A DNA stretch of 64,000 nt from Mesorhizobium amorphae (GTDB lineage Bacteria; Pseudomonadota; Alphaproteobacteria; Rhizobiales; Rhizobiaceae): assembly GCA_003240775.1 (NCBI GenBank), contig QFNI01000019.1, positions 671-64,670 of the forward strand. The letters run 5' to 3'. The translations under genes and the position numbers were made by a program. Within the stretch, counting starts at the first letter, position 1. Each line of letters opens with the position of its first letter. Below, piece by piece: positions 50,247 to 62,931 of this stretch. Below the pieces are notes generated by a model. It was not told the DNA's origin. It searched no databases and saw nothing but the letters and a program-made list of their open reading frames with translations.

Positions 50247-51627
50247 AGAGTTCCCGGTATTTCTTGACGACGCGGAGCGCGAAGACGTTGAGAGCCAGGG
50301 TCACGCAGAAAAGCACGAGGCCGAGTGCGAAGGCGGCAAGCGTCTTGGGGCTGTCGAATTCCTGGTCGCCCACCAGAAGCGTGACGATCTGCACGGTGAC
50401 GGTGGTGACGGCTTCGAGCGGGTTGGCGGTGAGGTTGGCGGCGAGGCCTGCGGCCATCACCACGATCATGGTTTCGCCGATGGCACGCGACACCGCGAGC
50501 AGCATGGCCGAGACGATGCCCGGAAGTGCGGCCGGCAGCACCACGCGACGGATCGTTTCCGACTTGGTGGCGCCGAGTGCGGCGGACCCGTCACGCAGCG
50601 CCTGGGGCACGGCGTTCAGGATGTCGTCCGACAGCGAGGACACGAAGGGGATGATCATGATGCCCATCACGAGGCCGGCTGCGAGCGCGGATTCGGACGC
50701 GACGCCCAGACCCACCGACTCGCCCCAGCCGCGGATCAGCGGAGCGACGGTGAGGGCTGCAAAGAAGCCGTAGACCACGGTCGGGATGCCCGCCAGGATT
50801 TCGAGCACGGGCTTGGCGAAGGCGCGGACACGGGGTGTCGCGTAATCCGACAGGTAGATGGCCGCCATTAGGCCGATGGGAGCCGCCACCAGCATGGCGA
50901 TCAGCGTGATCATCAGCGTGCCGGCAAACAGCGGCACGGCGCCGAAGATGTCGGGGTTGACCGAAACCGTGCCTGTGCCGGCGCCGGTATAGGCGCTCTG
51001 CGGGCTCCAGTGCAGGCCGAACAGGAACTTGAACACCGGCACCTGCGCGAAGAAGCGCAGGGATTCGAACACCAGCGAGAGCACGATGCCGACCGTGGTC
51101 AGAATGGCGACGCCGGCCGCGGCCAGAAGAAGTCCGCGCACGATGCGCTCGACGGTATGGCGGGCGCGGAAGGCGGGCGCGATGCGGTTCAGTCCCCACA
51201 CGATGCCGCCGACCACGATGGCCAGCGCGAGCACGCAAAGCAGCGTCATGCTCCAGAAGTGCAGCGAGGAAACCACGGCCGCCGCCGCATCCTTTGCGGG
51301 ATCGGGCACGGCGATCCGCTCGCCGGAAGCAAGGGCGCGCGCGTCACGGATGAAGGCCTGCGCCTCGATCGGGCTCAGCCCTGCCGTGGCGGAGGCCAGC
51401 CGGTCGCGCAAGAGGGCGCCTTCGGCCATCGGCGAGAACATGCCCCATAGGGCAGCAAGAATGACCGCGGGCCCGACCGAGATGAGCGCGAGAAACGCAC
51501 CGTGCTGGTTGGGCCGGGAATGCAGGCGGGAGCCGTTGCCGCCCACGGTTTGCAGGGCACGGGTGCGCCCAAGCACCCAGGCCGCCGCGAATGCGACGGC
51601 CAGAGCGAGGACCAGAAGTGTGGCCAT
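50239..51627 (-). CDS. pstC: Phosphate ABC transporter permease
   Basis: LAGIPTVVYG and SRAIGETM. Confidence 0.95.
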   Translation of the reverse strand: MATLLVLALAVAFAAAWVLGRTRALQTVGGNGSRLHSRPNQHGAFLALISVGPAVILAALWGMFSPMAEGALLRDRLASATAGLSPIEAQAFIRDARALASGERIAVPDPAKDAAAAVVSSLHFWSMTLLCVLALAIVVGGIVWGLNRIAPAFRARHTVERIVRGLLLAAAGVAILTTVGIVLSLVFESLRFFAQVPVFKFLFGLHWSPQSAYTGAGTGTVSVNPDIFGAVPLFAGTLMITLIAMLVAAPIGLMAAIYLSDYATPRVRAFAKPVLEILAGIPTVVYGFFAALTVAPLIRGWGESVGLGVASESALAAGLVMGIMIIPFVSSLSDDILNAVPQALRDGSAALGATKSETIRRVVLPAALPGIVSAMLLAVSRAIGETMIVVMAAGLAANLTANPLEAVTTVTVQIVTLLVGDQEFDSPKTLAAFALGLVLFCVTLALNVFALRVVKKYRELYD

Positions 51628-51656
51628 GGAATGCTATCCGATTACCGGGAGGAGGA

Positions 51657-52661
51657 TCAGGAACCCATCGGCTTCAGGGCGCGGGCGTCTTCCGCGGCCT
51701 GGGCGCGCTCGGCGTCGGGCAGCGGGATTAGGCCCTTGTCGGCGAGGTAGCCTTCGGGGCCCCAGGCGGCGTCGGACGTGTACTCGTTGATGAACTCGGC
51801 CATGCCGGGGATCACGCCGGCATGCTCCTTCTTCGCGTAGACGAAGAGCGAGCGCGACACGCCGTACTTGGCGTCGGCGATGTTCTCGAAGGTCGGGTCC
51901 ACGCCGTCGATCTTGTGGCCCTGCAGCTTGTCGGCGTTCTGGTCGAGGAACGAGAAGCCGAAGATGCCGATGGCGTTCGCGTTGGCTTCGAGCTTCTGCA
52001 CGATCAGGTTGTCGTTCTCGCCGGCTTCCACATAGGCGCCGTCTTCACGGATCTGGGCGCAGGCGTCCTCGTTGGCGGCCTTCACTTCGGCCGGGCAGTG
52101 CTCGACCATCACGAGTTCCACGAAGGCGTCGCGGGTGCCGGAGGTCGGCGGGGGGCCGAGCACTTCGATCTTGGTCGCGGGCAGCGAGGCGTCGATGTCA
52201 GACCAGTTCTGGTAGGGGTTGGCGACGACCTGGCCGTCCACCACGACTTCCTTGGCGAGCGCCTTGACGATCTCGTCCTTGGTCAGGTCGAACTCGGCGC
52301 CCGACTTGGAGCCGGCGAGCACGATGCCGTCGAAGCCGATCTTGATCTCGACCGGGGTCACGCCGTTCTTCTTGCAGGTCTCGAGCTCGGAGCTCTTGAT
52401 CGGGCGCGAAGCGTTGGCGAAATCGGGGGTGTTCTCGCTCGCGCCTTCGCAGAAGAGCTTGAGGCCGCCGCCGGTGCCGGTCGACTCGACCACGGGCGCG
52501 GGGAACTGACCGCCCTGGCCGAGACGCTCGGCGACGGAGGTCGTGAAGGGGAACACGGTGGACGAGCCGACGATGCGGATCTGGTCGCGCGCGGAAGCCG
52601 CGCCGGCGGAAAGGGCGATGGCGAGAGCGGCCACGCTCGCGCCGAGAAGGGTGGATTTCAT
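51657..52661 (-). CDS. pstS: Phosphate ABC transporter substrate-binding protein
   Basis: Signal peptide, GSSTVFP, STGTGGG and PPTSGTRD. Confidence 0.95.
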   Translation of the reverse strand: MKSTLLGASVAALAIALSAGAASARDQIRIVGSSTVFPFTTSVAERLGQGGQFPAPVVESTGTGGGLKLFCEGASENTPDFANASRPIKSSELETCKKNGVTPVEIKIGFDGIVLAGSKSGAEFDLTKDEIVKALAKEVVVDGQVVANPYQNWSDIDASLPATKIEVLGPPPTSGTRDAFVELVMVEHCPAEVKAANEDACAQIREDGAYVEAGENDNLIVQKLEANANAIGIFGFSFLDQNADKLQGHKIDGVDPTFENIADAKYGVSRSLFVYAKKEHAGVIPGMAEFINEYTSDAAWGPEGYLADKGLIPLPDAERAQAAEDARALKPMGS

Positions 52662-52735
52662 CAGGCCTGCTCCTTGGGGCAAATCGGGATCGAGCACCGC
52701 CTGTGGCGCCCGCGGGCTGCCATTAGGAGGCTTTC

Positions 52736-52775
52736 ACGACAGTTGCATGACACACACAAGACAGGCGGGTGACGC
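52736..52775 (-). promoter_or_regulatory. Tandem Pho boxes
   Basis: Four 7-mers at 11-bp spacing on the minus strand (GCGTCAC, CTGTCTT, GTGTCAT, CTGTCGT), consensus CTGTCAT, upstream of pstS. Confidence 0.85.
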
Positions 52776-52780
52776 GGGTC

Positions 52781-55633
<2,853 letters not shown>

Positions 55634-55783
55634 CCGCGCGTCTCGCCTGTCGGCCTTGTGCGGCCTGCTCGCAATCCAGAAGGAAGACTGCCATACAACG
55701 CTTAAGGACCCGCTACCCCGCCGATCTTGTCAGGTGACGCTGCGCCGCTAGCTCACCTGGGGCAGTCAATGGGAGTTCTCTTC

Positions 55784-55921
55784 ATGACGTCCTTGCTCAA
55801 ACTCGCCGCAACGGCGCTCATTCTCGCCGGACTGGCGGCGGGCGCCACCGCCTGCCAGACCAAGCCGAACCCCGATCCCGAGACCCAGCGCGATGCCGTG
55901 CCTCCGCCGGACCCAGCGTGA
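55784..55921 (+). CDS. Small putative lipoprotein (45 aa)
   Basis: GGAG RBS; hydrophobic signal ending ATAC; Pro-rich tail. Confidence 0.55.
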   Translation: MTSLLKLAATALILAGLAAGATACQTKPNPDPETQRDAVPPPDPA

Positions 55922-56092
55922 TCAACTCCCACCCATGGGGAACGGCCTGCTCCAGCGAACCAATTTCTGAGCAGGCCGTTCCAACTTACAGCTGAAATTT
56001 AGCAAAAATCATTCGCTTCAGCCGATCAATCAGTTCGAGCCAATGCGTTGGATGCCCCAGCGCCAAGCGACTAGTTTCGCTGCATCGCAAGG

Positions 56093-57139
56093 ATGCACAT
56101 CGTGGCGGAACTGGGTCTACAGGCTGGAAGCACACGGGTCGGCAAATCCGCATCGCTGCAGGCCGGGCTCCTTTCCGGCATAGCGCTCGCCGCCGCCGTC
56201 GCAGCCTTGGCCTTCGCCCTGCGCAACTTGCCCGGTCTCGGCTGGGCCAGCCCCATGATCATCGCCGTCCTCCTGGGGATCGGCATCAACAACATCGTCG
56301 GCACGCCGCGCTGGGCGAAAGCCGGCCTCGCCATCTGCCTGCGCAAGCTTCTGCGATTCGCTATCGTGCTTCTCGGCCTCCAGCTGACCGGCGCTCAGAT
56401 CGCGGCTGTCGGCGGCTCGGGTCTTGTCGTGCTCGTGGCCACGGTCTTCGCGACCTTCACCTTCACGCTTTGGGCGGGGCGCCTGCTCAAGGTGGAAGCG
56501 CCGCTCACCCAGTTGATCGCCGCCGGCACCTCGATCTGCGGTGCGTCCGCAATCGTCGCCACCAACACCGTGGCGCGCGGTTCCGACGAGGATGTGGCCT
56601 ACGCCGTCGCCTGCGTCACGCTCTTCGGCACGATCGCCATGCTCGGCTTTCCGCTCGCGGCCGAAGCGTTAGGGCTCGCCGCGCGCGAATACGGGCTTTG
56701 GGTGGGTGCATCCGTCCACGAGGTGGCGCAGGTGGTTGCCGCGGCCTTTCAGGGCGGGCAGGAGGCGGGCGAGTTCGGCACCGTCGCCAAACTCTCGCGC
56801 GTGATGCTGCTCGCACCCATCGTGCTCGGCCTCGGCTGGTTCGCGCGCCAGCGTCTCGCGGCGGCCGGCGGCGGCGGAGCAAAGGCCCCGGCCCCCTGGT
56901 TCGTGCTCGGCTTCCTCCTGATGGTGGTGCTCAACAGCGCCTTCGCCATCCCCGTCGAGGTGAAGTCGCCGCTCGCCTCGCTGACCACCTTCCTGCTTGC
57001 CATGGCGCTTGCGGCGGTCGGTCTCGAAACCAATCTCGGCAAGCTGCGCGCCAAGGGTTGGCGTCCGTTCGCGCTCGGCTTCGCAGCCTTTCTCTTCGTG
57101 TCGCTCTGTGGTCTGCTGCTCGTCCTTTCCCTCGGCTAG
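56093..57139 (+). CDS. YeiH-family putative sulfate exporter membrane protein
   Basis: LIAAGTSICGASAI, GASVHEVAQV and KLSRV. Confidence 0.9.
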   Translation: MHIVAELGLQAGSTRVGKSASLQAGLLSGIALAAAVAALAFALRNLPGLGWASPMIIAVLLGIGINNIVGTPRWAKAGLAICLRKLLRFAIVLLGLQLTGAQIAAVGGSGLVVLVATVFATFTFTLWAGRLLKVEAPLTQLIAAGTSICGASAIVATNTVARGSDEDVAYAVACVTLFGTIAMLGFPLAAEALGLAAREYGLWVGASVHEVAQVVAAAFQGGQEAGEFGTVAKLSRVMLLAPIVLGLGWFARQRLAAAGGGGAKAPAPWFVLGFLLMVVLNSAFAIPVEVKSPLASLTTFLLAMALAAVGLETNLGKLRAKGWRPFALGFAAFLFVSLCGLLLVLSLG

Positions 57140-57151
57140 GCGGGTTCGCGT

Positions 57152-58048
57152 TTGACGCTTGAGCAGTTGCGCATCTTCGTGGCCGTCGCCACGCGGGAAC
57201 ACGTCACGCAAGGCGCGCGCGACCTCAACCTCACCCAATCCGCGACCAGTGCTGCCATCGCGGCACTCGAAGCGCGCTACGCCACCAAGCTCTTCGACCG
57301 CGTGGGCCGCCGCGTGGTGCTGACCGAGGCCGGCCGCGTCTTCTTGGAAGAAGCGCGCGCCGTGCTCGCCCGCGCGAGTGCTGCCGAAACCGTGCTGGCG
57401 GACCTTGCCGGTCTCAAACGCGGCAGCCTGCGGGTCGCGGCCAGCCAGACCGTCGCGAACTACTGGCTGCCCCACCACCTCGCCCGCTTTCACGAGGCCT
57501 ATCCCGGCATCGCCGTTCAGGTGACCATCGGCAACACCGGCACGACGGCGGCCCTGGTCCACGAAGGTTCGGCCGATCTCGGCATCATCGAAGGCGCGAT
57601 CGACGACCCCCATTTGGCGATCTCCACCGTCGCGCAAGACGAGCTCGTGCTCGTGGTTTCGCCCCACCACCCCTGGGCGGGCATCGAGCAGCTGGAGCCG
57701 GCTGCGCTTGAAACCTCGCGCTGGGTGCTGCGCGAGCCGGGCTCTGGCACCCGCCAGGCCTTCGAGGAGGCGCTGGGCTGCGCGGGCCTCGCGCTGGCCA
57801 ATATCGAGGTGGCGCTGGAAATCCCATCCAACGAGGCGGTGCGCGCAGCGGTCGAGGCGGGCTCGGGTGCCGCCATCATGTCGCGCCTCGTGGTCGAGCA
57901 GTCCGTGCGGCTCGGCACGCTGGCGCTCGTGCCCTTCGCCCTGCCCCCGCGCCGCTTTCTCGCGCTTCGCCACAAGCAGCGTCACGTCACACGCGCGGCG
58001 GAGGAGCTTTCCCGCCTGATCGCAGAAGGATTGCAGCCTGCGCGATGA
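57152..58048 (+). CDS. LysR-family regulator (CysL/YeiE-like)
   Basis: TLEQLRIF..LTQSATS..LFDR and REPGSGTR. Confidence 0.92.
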   Translation: MTLEQLRIFVAVATREHVTQGARDLNLTQSATSAAIAALEARYATKLFDRVGRRVVLTEAGRVFLEEARAVLARASAAETVLADLAGLKRGSLRVAASQTVANYWLPHHLARFHEAYPGIAVQVTIGNTGTTAALVHEGSADLGIIEGAIDDPHLAISTVAQDELVLVVSPHHPWAGIEQLEPAALETSRWVLREPGSGTRQAFEEALGCAGLALANIEVALEIPSNEAVRAAVEAGSGAAIMSRLVVEQSVRLGTLALVPFALPPRRFLALRHKQRHVTRAAEELSRLIAEGLQPAR

Positions 58049-59162
58049 CGCGCTCTTCCTCGGTCGGCAGCACGTGCACCGAGACCGAGCTCCCATCTGA
58101 TGAGATCGTGGGCGCGTGTCGGCTATTTGAGGCAGCGTCCAGCCCAAGCCCGAGCCAGCCCAACTGCTCCACGAGTTGCGCACGGATCGGGCTCGCGTTC
58201 TCGCCGATGCCACCGGTGAACACGAGCGCGTCGATCCCGCCGAGTGCTGCAGCGCAGCCGCCCACTTCCTGCGCCAGCCGGTCCACGAACATGGCGACGG
58301 CAAGCCCAGCCGTCTCGCTCCCGTCTGATAGCAAGTCCCGCATGTCCGAGGTGATGCCGGACACGCCGAGCAGACCAGCCTCTTGGTTGAGAATGCGCCC
58401 GACCTCGCGCCAGTCCCCGCCATGCCGCTCCACCAGCCAGAGCACGGCGCCCGGATCGAGCCGCCCGGGCCGCCGGCCCATCATGAGCCCGTCGAGCGGC
58501 GTGAAACCCATCGTGGTGTAGACCGAGTGTCCCTCGACAAGCCCGGCCAGGCTGCACCCGTTGCCGAGGTGGCACAGGATCACGCGTCTCCCTGCCCTGT
58601 CGCCCAGAAGAGCCGGCAGCCTGTCCGCAAGGCTCTGATAAGAGATGCCGTGGAAACCGAAGCGCAACAGCCCTTCAGCCGCGAACCGCGCGGGCAACGC
58701 CATGCGCTGGCGGTGGAGCGGGATCGTGCGGTGAAACGCCGTGTCGAACACGGCCACCTGGGGCAAGGCGGGGTCAAGCCGCTCGACGGCGTCGATGCCT
58801 GCGAGGTTGTGCGGTTGGTGCGCGGGCGCGAAGGGCGCGAGAGCGGCGATCTCCGCGCGCGTCTCCGCGTCGATCGCCACCGGCTCCGTGAAGCGCGTGC
58901 CGCCGTGCACGATGCGATGGCCCACAGCCGCGAGCCCGCCGAACCGGTCGCCCACAAGTTCCAGAAGGGCTGCAATGGCACCGCGGTGATCGCGACAACC
59001 ATGAGGCAGTGCCGCTTCTTTCCCGTCTATCCTCATGCGCGGCACGAGGCCGGCGCCCAAGCCCTCGACATCCCCCGACAGCACCCGCCGCAACGCGGTG
59101 TCGAAGATGCCGAATTTCACCGAAGACGAGCCGCAATTCAGCGCTAGAACCGTTTCCGTCAC
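57987..59162 (-). CDS. ackA: Acetate kinase
   Basis: LNCGSSSVK, GHRIVHGG, FDTAFH, HLGNG, FTGGIGEN and PTEEE; GTG start after GGAGG. Confidence 0.93.
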   Translation of the reverse strand: MTETVLALNCGSSSVKFGIFDTALRRVLSGDVEGLGAGLVPRMRIDGKEAALPHGCRDHRGAIAALLELVGDRFGGLAAVGHRIVHGGTRFTEPVAIDAETRAEIAALAPFAPAHQPHNLAGIDAVERLDPALPQVAVFDTAFHRTIPLHRQRMALPARFAAEGLLRFGFHGISYQSLADRLPALLGDRAGRRVILCHLGNGCSLAGLVEGHSVYTTMGFTPLDGLMMGRRPGRLDPGAVLWLVERHGGDWREVGRILNQEAGLLGVSGITSDMRDLLSDGSETAGLAVAMFVDRLAQEVGGCAAALGGIDALVFTGGIGENASPIRAQLVEQLGWLGLGLDAASNSRHAPTISSDGSSVSVHVLPTEEERVIAQAAILLRSGGKAPPPRV

Positions 59163-59282
59163 ACCGTGGTCCTCCCCACCCCTTGCGGCTTGAAAGGGGC
59201 GCGCCTGCCTGTCAAGGCAAGCAGGCTCTGGCTTTCTCGCGCGCTTTGGCCCAAAGCGGCGCGGCGGGGATCGGGGAAACCG

Positions 59283-59963
59283 TTGGACCTTCAATTCCAC
59301 CAATGCACGGTGCGTTTCGGCGCGCGCACGGCGCTCGAGCCGCTGACGCTGCACGTCGAGGGACGGCGGCTGGGCGTGGTCGGGCTGAACGGCTCGGGCA
59401 AGACCACCTTCGTGCGCCTGCTCAACGCCTTGACGCTGCCGACCGAAGGTCGGGTCACGGTGAACGGGCTCGACACGGCGGCCGAGCCCGATCGGGTGCG
59501 CGCGGAAGCGGGTTTCGTGTTCCAGCATCCGCAGAACCAGCTGATCATGCCCGTGGTGCGCGAGGACATCGCCTTCGGCCTGCGCGCGCGGGGCGCCTCG
59601 ACCGCAGACGCCGAAAGCCGCGCAGAGGCGGCACTTGCCCGCTTCGGCATCATGGAACTCGGCCCCCGCCGCATCCACGAGCTGTCGGGCGGCGAGCTGC
59701 AATTGGCTGCGATGGCGAGCGTAACCGCGCTTGAGCCCCGCATCCTGATCCTGGACGAGCCCACCAACCAGCTCGACCTGCGCAACCGCCGCCGGGTGGT
59801 GGATGCCATCACGGCGCTCGACGAGGATTGCGTGGTGGTCACTCACGACCTCGATCTCGCGGCCACCCTGCCCCGCCTGCTGCTCTTTCACGAGGGGCGC
59901 CTCGCGGCCGATGGCCCGCCCAACACGGTGCTTGGTCGTTATCGCGAGATCGCCGGATGCTGA
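59283..59963 (+). CDS. bioM: Biotin ECF transporter ATPase
   Basis: GLNGSGKT, LSGGE and LDEPT; operon with bioN and bioY. Confidence 0.85.
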   Translation: MDLQFHQCTVRFGARTALEPLTLHVEGRRLGVVGLNGSGKTTFVRLLNALTLPTEGRVTVNGLDTAAEPDRVRAEAGFVFQHPQNQLIMPVVREDIAFGLRARGASTADAESRAEAALARFGIMELGPRRIHELSGGELQLAAMASVTALEPRILILDEPTNQLDLRNRRRVVDAITALDEDCVVVTHDLDLAATLPRLLLFHEGRLAADGPPNTVLGRYREIAGC

Positions 59964-60592
59964 GCGCGCTTCATGTCGAGGGCACCGGCCTTCTGCACCG
60001 GCTGGGTGCGCGCACCAAGCTCGCAGCGCTCGCCATCTCCGGCGCGCTTCTCTTTCTCGTGGAACGGCCCGTCGTTCTCGCAGTCCTTCTGGCAATTGCC
60101 GCAGGGCTCTACCTCACCGCCGGCCTCCCGATATCCGAAGCGTTGCGGCGGCTGCGCTGGACGCTCGTCTCCATTGCTCTTCTGGCTGCGCTCAACCTGT
60201 TCCTGCTCCCGCCGGGCGAAGTGCTCACGCTCACCCTGCGCATCCTGGCGCTGGTCTTCCTCGCCGCCGCCGTCACCGCCACAACGCCGCTACCCCTCAT
60301 GATCGGGGCGGTGAACCGCTTTGCCCTGCCCCTGGAGCGGCTGGGCCTCGTGCGGCGCGGCGATCTCGGCCTGATGGTCGGTCTCGCTATACGTTTCGTG
60401 CCCGAGATCGCTTCCCGCGCGAACGCTTTGGCCGAAGCGCACAAGGCGCGCGGGCTCAAGCTCAGGCCGCACACGCTGATCGGCCCGCTCGTGATCCAAA
60501 CCCTGCGCGAGGCGGACGCCGCAGCAGCAGCCATTGACGCACGCGGCCTCCGCGCGCCACCACGCCATTCCCAACCAAGGAGACCTTCGTGA
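59957..60592 (+). CDS. bioN: Biotin ECF transporter T component
   Basis: LHRL..K, AIRFVP and two ARG motifs. Confidence 0.85.
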   Translation: MLSALHVEGTGLLHRLGARTKLAALAISGALLFLVERPVVLAVLLAIAAGLYLTAGLPISEALRRLRWTLVSIALLAALNLFLLPPGEVLTLTLRILALVFLAAAVTATTPLPLMIGAVNRFALPLERLGLVRRGDLGLMVGLAIRFVPEIASRANALAEAHKARGLKLRPHTLIGPLVIQTLREADAAAAAIDARGLRAPPRHSQPRRPS

Positions 60593-61152
60593 CAACACGA
60601 GACCTTTCGCTCGCGGCCCTTTTCGCCGCCTTGATAGCCGTTCTCGGAATGATGCCGCCGGTGCCGCTCGGCTTCATTCCCGTGCCGATCACGCTGCAGT
60701 CGATGGGCGCGATGCTCGCCGGCACCATCCTGGGCGCCAAGCGCGGCGGGCTGGCCGTGCTGCTCTTCATACTGCTTGTGGCGGTCGGCCTGCCGGTGCT
60801 GTCTGGCGGCCGCGGCGGCTTGGCCGTGCTGCTCGGGCCGACCGGTGGCTACATCTTCGGCTGGATCGCGGCGGCCGTCGTGTGCGGCCTCTTGTCCGAG
60901 CGTCTCGTGCGCGAGGGCCAGAGCGAATGGCGCCAGATGGGTGGCTTCTTTCTGGCCGCGGTGCTCGGCGGCATCGTCGTCCTCTACGCGATCGGCGCGC
61001 CTTGGGTGACGGCCTCCACCGGCACTCCGCTCGGCACCGTTCTCGCCGGGTCGCTCGCCTTCATTCCGGGCGATCTGCTCAAGGCAGCCGTCGCAACCGT
61101 TGCCGCCCGTGCGGTGCTCGCCGGCTACCCCCTCCTGCCCCAGCGCGCCTGA
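60589..61152 (+). CDS. bioY: Biotin transporter S component
   Basis: PVPITLQ, GLPVLSGGRGG, GPTGGYIFG and FIPGD..K. Confidence 0.93.
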   Translation: MTTRDLSLAALFAALIAVLGMMPPVPLGFIPVPITLQSMGAMLAGTILGAKRGGLAVLLFILLVAVGLPVLSGGRGGLAVLLGPTGGYIFGWIAAAVVCGLLSERLVREGQSEWRQMGGFFLAAVLGGIVVLYAIGAPWVTASTGTPLGTVLAGSLAFIPGDLLKAAVATVAARAVLAGYPLLPQRA

Positions 61153-61671
61153 GGATCACGCATTAAACCGTGCGGCCCCGCCGCACGGCCTCCTCATCCT
61201 TTCCCAAGCGCACAGGTGATCACGAAAGGATGAAGGGAAATCCGGGGAAAGCTCGGACTTGCGGAGTGCCGTTCCTCGGTCTGGTCAGAGGTCCCGCAGG
61301 AAAGCAATCACCACATCATTATCGGGCAGCGCGGCCTCAAAAAGACTGATCGGCAGTCAACTTCCCAGATTATCAAGTTTGATTAAGCATCTGCTTAATT
61401 ATAGTTTTTTCTGGGCCGCTGAGTGGAACGACGACGCGGCGTGACACGCGTGCCTGGCCGACAGTTGATCCACTGCGCAAAGTCGTTGAATCATCGTCGC
61501 AACCACGGCCCTCCCCGAAAGGCGTAGAACCCGCATCGGCAGACGTAGAGCGGGTCGCGCGAGCGTAAGTCGCCTACACCCTTGTGCGCAGTTTCCCGGC
61601 CCCCGCCCGGACCCCTAGCCTTCGGCGGAAAAGCTGCTCCACCGTTGAGCGGCAAGGTTTTGGAGCCGAAC

Positions 61672-62889
61672 ATGCTGTCGCGACTGGGGGGTGCGGGGCT
61701 GATCCTCGCATTGGGGATGTGCTCGGCCTGGGCGCAGGAACTCTACCGCCTCGAAGCCAACGACCGTGTCGAAGTGTGGTCGCCCGCCGAGCCGAGCCTC
61801 CAGCGCACGGCCGTGATCGGCCCGGATGGCTGGCTGGCGCTTCCGCTCGTCGGCCACGTCAAGGCCGCGGGCCTTTCCGCACCCGACCTCGAACATCTCC
61901 TGCAGGAGAAGCTCAAGGGCTTTTTCAAGGAAACCGTCGACATCACGGTGATGCTGCAGCCGCGCGAAGAGAGCGCGCAGACCGTCTATGTGAGCGGCAC
62001 GGTGGCCACGCCGGGCTCCTACCCTTTCCGTCCCGGCATGATCCTGCTGCACGGCATCAGCATGGCGGGCGGCCTGCGCACGGGAGCGGATGCGGGTTCC
62101 GACGAGCAGCGCATCGTCGAAACGCGCGGCGCCATTGCCCGGCAGACCGCGCGGCTGGAAGCGCTCGACGCTCAGGTCGCGCGCGTGTCCGCCGAGATTG
62201 CCGGCGAAGACCTGCCGCCCGCCAAGGCCGACGAGCCCCAGGCGATCGCACGCGAGCGCAGGGTGCTTGCTGCGCGACAGGCCGAGGAAGCCGCGCTGCG
62301 CCGGGCGCGCGACGAGGCGTCCGAACTGCGCCGCAACTCCGCCCAGGCCATCGCCCAGCAGGCCGACACCCAGACGGAGCGCATCGCGCTCGCAGAGCGC
62401 AGGCTCGAAGCCATCTCCAAGCTTGTGGCCAAGGGCTTCGCCAACGAGGCGCAGCAGCTCGAATTGCAGGGCAGCTTGGCTGAAATGCGCGCGCGGCTCC
62501 TGGCGCTCCAGGTCGAGCGGCTCGATGCCGAACGCGAAGCGGGCGCGGATGTCGCAAGCGCCGAGGCCCAGCTTCAGGAGCGCCGCACGGGCATGGAGGT
62601 GGAATTGCGCGACGCCGAGCGCGCGCAGGCCGACGCGAAGTCGGAACTGGCCGACAACAAACGTGTGCTGAAGCTCCTGCTCGAAGGCAATGACGTGCCG
62701 ACCGAGGAAGCCACGGGGCCAACCCGTCTCAGCATCATCCGCAACGTGAACGGCAAGCCCACCGAGTTCGAAGCGGACGAACTGACGGAAATCCAGCCGG
62801 GCGACCTTATCCGCGTCGGCCCCGCCCCGCAGATGGCGACCACCGAGGTCTCCGACGCAGGCCCGGCCCAACGCACGGTGTCCCAGTGA
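61672..62889 (+). CDS. Polysaccharide export protein (ExoF/Wza-like)
   Basis: Signal peptide, YRLEAND, GPDG..LP..G..KAAG, VYVSG.V..PG.Y, coiled coil and QPGD. Confidence 0.85.
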   Translation: MLSRLGGAGLILALGMCSAWAQELYRLEANDRVEVWSPAEPSLQRTAVIGPDGWLALPLVGHVKAAGLSAPDLEHLLQEKLKGFFKETVDITVMLQPREESAQTVYVSGTVATPGSYPFRPGMILLHGISMAGGLRTGADAGSDEQRIVETRGAIARQTARLEALDAQVARVSAEIAGEDLPPAKADEPQAIARERRVLAARQAEEAALRRARDEASELRRNSAQAIAQQADTQTERIALAERRLEAISKLVAKGFANEAQQLELQGSLAEMRARLLALQVERLDAEREAGADVASAEAQLQERRTGMEVELRDAERAQADAKSELADNKRVLKLLLEGNDVPTEEATGPTRLSIIRNVNGKPTEFEADELTEIQPGDLIRVGPAPQMATTEVSDAGPAQRTVSQ

Positions 62890-62931
62890 ACCCCGCGCAG
62901 CATCTCCCTTGCGCCCGTCCGGAGTGAGACC

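Noticed and set aside
61231..61300. Cobalamin riboswitch (AAGGGAA..CCGG..GAAA resemblance)
   Set aside because: The downstream CCCCGC-ACTGT core and B12 box were not seen, and the gene context (EPS export) does not fit
61383..61398. CtrA box
   Set aside because: Spacing is TTAA-N8-TTAA rather than N7
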